NCBI RefSeq assembly: GCF_009914755.1
Contig: NC_060926.1
From: the human T2T-CHM13v2.0 reference genome, Homo sapiens
Length of the DNA stretch: 64,000 nt
Strand: one strand, 5' to 3'
The notes under the pieces are model-generated. The model worked only from the letters and a program-made list of their open reading frames with translations. It searched no databases and was not told where the DNA came from. Within the stretch, counting starts at the first letter, position 1, and every line of letters starts with the position of its first letter. The translations under genes and the position numbers were made by a program. Shown here one piece after another: positions 56,201-64,000 of the stretch.

Positions 56201-57124
56201 TAAGAACCTAGTAAACATTTCAGATAGACTCAAAGTATTTTCTACTACCTTGCCTTTATTTAACGGTATGTCTAACATAACTGACGGTAGTATCAGTAAC
56301 ACAAAATAAGATACTAAGATCTTATTGTCCGATTTTATTAGTACTCTTGACTTTTCATGGAGCATTTTATGTTCTGACGTTAGGAGCTTTGCTAATTTGC
56401 TGGCTAAAGGCGCTCTCTGAAGTGACTCTTTCTATTCTTTTCCACTGATGGGTGAAGGTAGGGAAAGAATTGGCAATGTAATGTGGAAAAACCTCTGAGC
56501 AACAGATCTTTCCTCTTTCCAGTAGCTATTTTAAGCCCTCTCTTTTTTTTTTTTTTTTGCTTTTTTGAATAATATGTTTGATGTAAAAGACATAGAGAAT
56601 ACAGAAAAGTCATTGATTATGGTATGCATATGAATATAACATTTTATTTTAGAAAAATGAGATCATTCTATATGAGCTGCTTCATAACTTACAGCAGTGA
56701 AATAATGTCATAAATTCCTGAATCACTGCTTGACATCCAGAGAGTGCTCCAAGATATCTTTCCATGCCAGGACACCCTGCTCTATCGCATGCCTTCTAGT
56801 AACTGCTTAATGTACCATCAGATGGTTGGAGTATCATTTATTTACCTATCCTTTATGATTGGGCATCTTTTCTAGTAACATCATACACAGTCTCATTACA
56901 TTTGATTTCAAGGGTACCGATAAAAACATATTTTGATGACTGATGCCTTGTACCTCCCTGTAGAATTCAGTTAAATCTATGGGTTGAGTCATTTTGTAGT
57001 TAAGATATTTTAGTATTAAATGTTCTTATGGGCCAGGTGTGGTGGCTCACGCCTGTAATCCCAGCACTTTGGGAGGCCGAGGCGGGTGGATCACGAGGTC
57101 AGGAGATCGAGACCATCCTGGCTA

Positions 57125-57350
<226 letters not shown>

Positions 57351-57569
57351 TTAGCATTGACTTTTCCCTGGACTTTAGAATTCATCATTTAATATTTTTT
57401 GTTTCTTGGTAGCCTATCTTGCATCTTTAATTCTGAATAGCTACCACTTTAAAAGATTTGATGCTTACCACTTTAAAAGATTTGATTAGATGACAAATCA
57501 AGAGAGAATGTTAGAAGAAATATTAAAAGATGTGGGAAAACTGGGAGAAACTTGACTAGTTTTGGGTGT

Positions 57570-58100
57570 GCTGAAACAGATGTTTATTGAGTACCTTTAG
57601 GTGGCCAGGCTGTGTTCCAGATTTAGGGCAGACAGTGGTATACAAGACAGAACCTCATCCTAACTCTGATCCTTACATTCTGGAGGGAGCTAGGGATAGA
57701 TAATACATGAATAATCAAGAATGTTAGGTGGTGAGGTGCTAGGGAGAAAAGTAAAATAGGGTCATGGATTGGGGAGGAGGACAGTTACATGGGGGTTGTG
57801 GGGATGAAAGATGGCTGCTCTCCTTACGTGACCTGTGAGCAGTCCTAAAGTGAGAAGGGAGCCTTGTGAGGATGGTTGGTGAGAGCCAGGGGTCCACACA
57901 GACAGTTACTTTGGAGTTCCTTGAATGGGAGCAAACTTGTTTTTGGCCAAGGACAGAAAGACACAGGGTGGCTGCGGAAGAGTGAAAAGGATGCCAGGAC
58001 TATGGTGGGTTAAGGCCATGTGTGTATAGTGGGCCTTGGCAAAGAATATAGACTTTAGTTGTGATAGGAAACCATTGGAGGATTATAGCCTGGGAAATAT
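57570..58100 (-). mobile_element. L2 fragment in CCNYL1 intron 1
   Basis: AACAGATGTTTATTGAGTACC..GCCAGGCTGTGTTC..CTTACATTCTGGAGGG ... GGAAACCATTGGAGGATT are typical L2 motifs. Confidence 0.7.
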
Positions 58101-58127
58101 TTTTAATTCTTTTTTTTTTTTTTTTGA

Positions 58128-58313
<186 letters not shown>

Positions 58314-58744
58314 TAGCCAGGATGGTCTCGATCTCCCAACCTCGTGATCCACCCACCCTGGCCTCCCAAGGTGCTGGGATTACAGGTGTGAGCCACCATG
58401 CCCGGCCAATATTTTTAATTGTTTAAGAAAAAGATCAGACGGTGGCTCATGCCTATAATCCCAGCAGTTTGGGAAGCAGAGGCAGGAGGATTGCTTGAGC
58501 CCAGGAGTGGGCTGGGACTAGCCTGGACAACGTGCTGAGACCCTGCCTCTACAAAAAGTAAATTAGCCAGGTGTGGTGGCACACACCCATAGTCCCAGCT
58601 ACTCAAGAAGCTGAGGCAGGAGAATCTCCTGAGCCCAGGAAGTCAAGGCTGCATTGAGCTGTGATTGCTCCACTGCCCTCCAGCCTGGGTGACAGTGAGA
58701 CTGTCTCAAAAAAAAAAAAAGATCAGACTAGCTGTAAAAGTAGG

Positions 58745-59320
58745 TAGCAAAGTGATGAATAGACAAGTCACAGAAAAATAAATGCAGATGATCCTTAAAC
58801 ACAGCTTCACACTTAAGAGAAATACAAACGAAAACTGTGCTGTGATTTCTCTTCTGTTGGGAGAAGATCCAAAAACTTGACAATACATTCTTTGGTGTGG
58901 CTGCGAAGAGTTGCATTCGTGTATTGCTGGTTAAAATGTAAGGTGGTTTGACTCCCTGAAGAGGAATTTGGCATAATCTCAAACATTGCAAATGCATTTA
59001 ATCCAGAAATCCTACTTCAAGGAATTTATCCTGAAGGCATACCCCATAAATATGAAATAACATGTGCATAAGGTTTTGTTGCATTATTTTCAATAGCTAA
59101 ATATTGGAAATAATATGTCTAGTAAGAAATTGGTAAAATAAACTGTTATATCCACACAGAGGAGAATTATGGAGCTGTTAAAAAAAAAAAAAACTCTCTT
59201 TACTGCTATGGAGTGATACCCAGATATCCAGGATATGTTACATGAAAAAAAACAAGGAGGAGAATGTACAGTAATGTATGAAATAATATGTATTTGCTTA
59301 TTTAAAACAACAACACTGAA
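58745..59320 (+). mobile_element. Old L1M (ORF2 end / 3' UTR) fragment
   Basis: AAAACTTGACAATAC..ATTGCTGGTTAAAATGTAA..GGAATTTGGCA..AATCCTACTTCAAGGAATTTATCCTGAAG..TAAACTGTTATATCCACACA. Confidence 0.7.
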
Positions 59321-59955
59321 AGGAATTCTTGGTGGTGGTGTGTGACTGTTTTTCCCTTAATTTCAGAGGTAGCCAAAGTGCATATTTGCTGAAGATGTTA
59401 TTTTGGTATGGGCTTTCCAATAAATGCTAACTGTTCACTTTTGCTTTTAATTTGTGAAAACTTTGTTTTATAATTTATTGTGCATTATGTGGTATATAGC
59501 AATTGCTTTTTTTTTTTTTTTTTGAGATGGAGTCTAGTTCTGTTGCCCAGGCTGGAGTACAGTGGCACGAGCTCAGCTCACTGCAACCTCCACCTCCTGG
59601 GTTCCAGCAGTTCTAATGCCTCAGCCTCCTGAGTAGCTGGGACTACAGGCATGTGCCACCACGCCCAGCTAATTTTTATATTTTTAGTAGAGAAGGGGTT
59701 TCGCCATCTTGGCCAGGCTGGTCTTGAATTCCTGACCTCAGGTGATCTGCCCACCTCAGCCTCCCAAAATGCTGGGATTACAGGTGTGAGCTACTGCGCC
59801 CGGCTTATAGCAATTGCTCTTGCATTTCATTTTATTCTCACTATATTTTGAGTTAGGTAGTATAAGAATTATACTTGTTTTACATATGAGAAGACAGGCT
59901 TTGAGAGGTGTAAATTGAGTTTGCCAAGGTTTTTTAATTTGTTTTTTGTTTTTGA

Positions 59956-60530
<575 letters not shown>

Positions 60531-61914
60531 TTAAGCTTTAGAGTTAAAATAATAACATTGGATAATGAAAAATGAAATGGAGGTACTTGTAACCCAGACT
60601 TTTTTTTTTTTTTTCTTTTCTCTGTATGAGACAGGGTCACAACTCTGCCTGTCGCCCAGGCTGGAGCACAGTAGTGCCATTAGAGCTCACTGTAACCTCA
60701 AATCCCTGGGCTCAAGTTATCCTGCCACTTCAGCCTCCCAAATAGCTGGAACTACAGGCATGTGCCTCCACACCCAACTAATCTTTTAAAAAATTTTTGT
60801 AGAGATGGGGGTCTCACTATGTTATGTTGCCCAGGCTGGTCTTGAACTGTTCTCAAGTGATCCTTCTGCCTCAGCCTCCCAGAGTGCTGGGATTACAGGT
60901 GTGAGTCACTGCACTCCACCCAGAAATACTCTTAAAAGTCTAAAAAAGGAGTTAAGTGCTATTAAGAAATACACAAAGGGAGAAAGGTATACTATAGCAT
61001 ATGAAATGTCACAGCTCAGTCACGATCACTAAAACATAGATTGAGGCGTGAAGGTAAGTTAAAGCAAGACTGAACACTGACATAGAAGGAGGTAGAGCAG
61101 TGTTTCGGAAACCAGATTTAGGATTGTCAGAAGCTAGGAAAGCAAAAGCAAGGCATGAGTGAGCATGAGACTGGAGCTTGGCTGGTACTGTGTGACCTCA
61201 GATGAGGCAGGGCAGCTCAAGACCCATCAGGTAAGACTTACCTGATGGGTGGAACGTGTGAACTTAGATAAAATCTCAGCGTTTACATCATAGTTGAGAG
61301 GTTTGAAATGTTTGTGTTATGGACCGTAAGACTAATACAGTGTGCAGTATGGTAGAGCAGGTCAGTAAATGCAGTAAGCCTTTAAATAAACAGATGCCCA
61401 GCAGTTGGCCCAGAAACTGCCAATGTCTCCTGTTTAATTGGGATATATTGAAATCAATATGTTGAACTCAATCTCTTTCTCTGAAATATGCTGCTTCTGT
61501 CAGTTACTTTCTTGGTTGCTGCCCTCTCCCTTTAATATTTTGACAAGAAAAATAATTTCTTTACAGTTTACAATTGCATAATTTTAACACTTTTAGCCTT
61601 TAGTAATAATGCATTTCATTTATTCTAAGTTCCATATTTTTACATTTTTAATTAACATCTGTGAAATTGAGATGGCTGATAGATTCAAGGAGAAGCAGTG
61701 TTCAATGTCAGTGGATCTTACAGATTTCTTCCCCTGAGGGGGGTGTTTATATTAAGACCTGAGTTTAATTTTTTTTTGTCTTACTTGCCCCCCATCATAC
61801 TATCATGCTTTCGAATTAAGTTGCAATTTAAATTGATAATACAAAACTGGTGGGTCTTAAAATACAATTTTATACATAACCCCTAACCATGATATCAAAA
61901 ACTATTTCTTCTAG

Positions 61915-62196
<282 letters not shown>

Positions 62197-62306
62197 TGAG
62201 GGAGTGCCAGCTTGTTACTTGGGCTTATTTGGCTTTTTTCTCTATATCTTATCATTTCTGTTATCCTAGTTGCCTTGGATTTTTTTTTTTTTTTTTTGAG
62301 ATGTAG

Positions 62307-62417
<111 letters not shown>

Positions 62418-62948
62418 TAGAGGTGCACGCCATCACGCCTGGCTGATTTTTTTGTATTTTTAGTAGAGATGGGGTTTCACTGGGTTGGTCAGGCTGGTCT
62501 CGAACTCCTGACCTCATGATCTGCCAGCCTCAGCCTCCCAAAGTATTGGGATTACAGGCATGAGCCACCATGCCCAGCCGCCTTGGATATTTCTTATATT
62601 TACACAGTAGCACATCTTGGTTTTCTTATATTTAAATACATAGTAGCACATCTTGATTTGGGGCGGGGGAGGTGTGTGTGTGAAGCCTGCTCCTCTTTGA
62701 TTTTGGTACTTAATTTTCCTGGACTTCATTGAAAATTCCTAATTAAACTTTATCATGACATAGGTACTGATTCATAATATGGCTTCTTCTGTAAACATTA
62801 GTTATTTTTTAGATTCAAATGGTAGTATATTTGCTTTCTTTTTGAAAGGAAGTAGTCATGAATCCTTTTAGAAGCTTTAGGTAGAGGCTGGGTGTGGTGG
62901 CTCACGCCTGTAATCCCAGAACTTTGGGAGGCCGAGGGGGGCAGATCA

Positions 62949-63272
<324 letters not shown>

Positions 63273-64000
63273 TCATCTTTTCAAGATGTGGAAAAACTTC
63301 AAACATAATTTTTGTGTGGGTCTTTTACATAAGAATAGTTTCCTCTAAAAGCAGTTTAAAAAAGTTGAGTGAAGGACTTTCCATGGAGAACAAAGCAGTT
63401 GGTTTAGGTATGTAAGTTTTTAGTGATCTGGCAGTACTATTAAAATGGATGATTCATAATTCATTTTAACCAGGAAGTCCCAAAATTATGTTCATATAAG
63501 ATTCTAACCAAATTACTTGGAAGAGAGAAAAGGATTCTAGGTAGATAAATTTGTGAAATGCTGAGTTAGACAGTAATCACTACTAGACTGATTAGTTTTT
63601 AGTATATCAATGTGCGTTTTGATTTTGTAAGAGCCAGGGATAGAGTATATTGTCATTTGACCACTAAATCGCTTTTTTAAAAGTAGAGCAATTATATTAA
63701 TATGTAGTTTTGGGAAATATCGCCTTAACTGTTACTCTGGATCTTGGCCCAGTTTCTTACAAGATTGGTTAAGATAAGTGGCTTGAAATGGACCTTGCTG
63801 GGCTGGGCGCGGTGACTCACCTCTATAATCCCAGCACCTTGGGAGGCTGAGGTGGGTGGATCACCTGGGGTCAGGAGTTTGAGACGAGCCTGGCCAACAT
63901 GGTAAAACCCCGTCTCTACTAAAAATACAAAAATTAGCCGGCGTGGTGGCAGGCACCTGTAATCCCAGCTATTTGGGATACTGAGGCAGGAGAATTGCTT

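Overview
Primate, almost certainly human, genomic DNA that is extremely Alu-rich: roughly 85-90 Alu copies or fragments by eye, about 35-40% of the window. The only real protein-coding sequence is exon 1 of CCNYL1 (+ strand, ATG 52098, donor after 52317) in a CpG-island promoter, followed by about 11.7 kb of intron 1. From recall this is 2q33.3. The upstream ~51 kb holds a CpG-rich PPP1R14B processed pseudogene with two offsetting frameshifts, a U6 snRNA/L1 chimeric retrocopy, a Y3 RNA pseudogene, several MaLR/ERVL LTRs, and L1/L2/MIR/MER fragments. Nearly all ORF-track entries are Alu or low-complexity artefacts. I found no demonstrable new biological system. The best leads are: (1) a perfect intronic palindrome in CCNYL1 in which a U1-snRNA-like 9-mer can mask a strong cryptic 5' splice site; (2) a retrocopy-derived RVxF micropeptide ORF with a perfect Kozak; (3) a U6/L1 chimera with TSDs; (4) an Alu with a precisely inverted 5' end (twin-priming geometry); (5) a pri-miRNA-sized hairpin; (6) a 59-bp templated insertion at an Alu deletion. 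Repeat subfamily names and boundaries were read by eye and are approximate.
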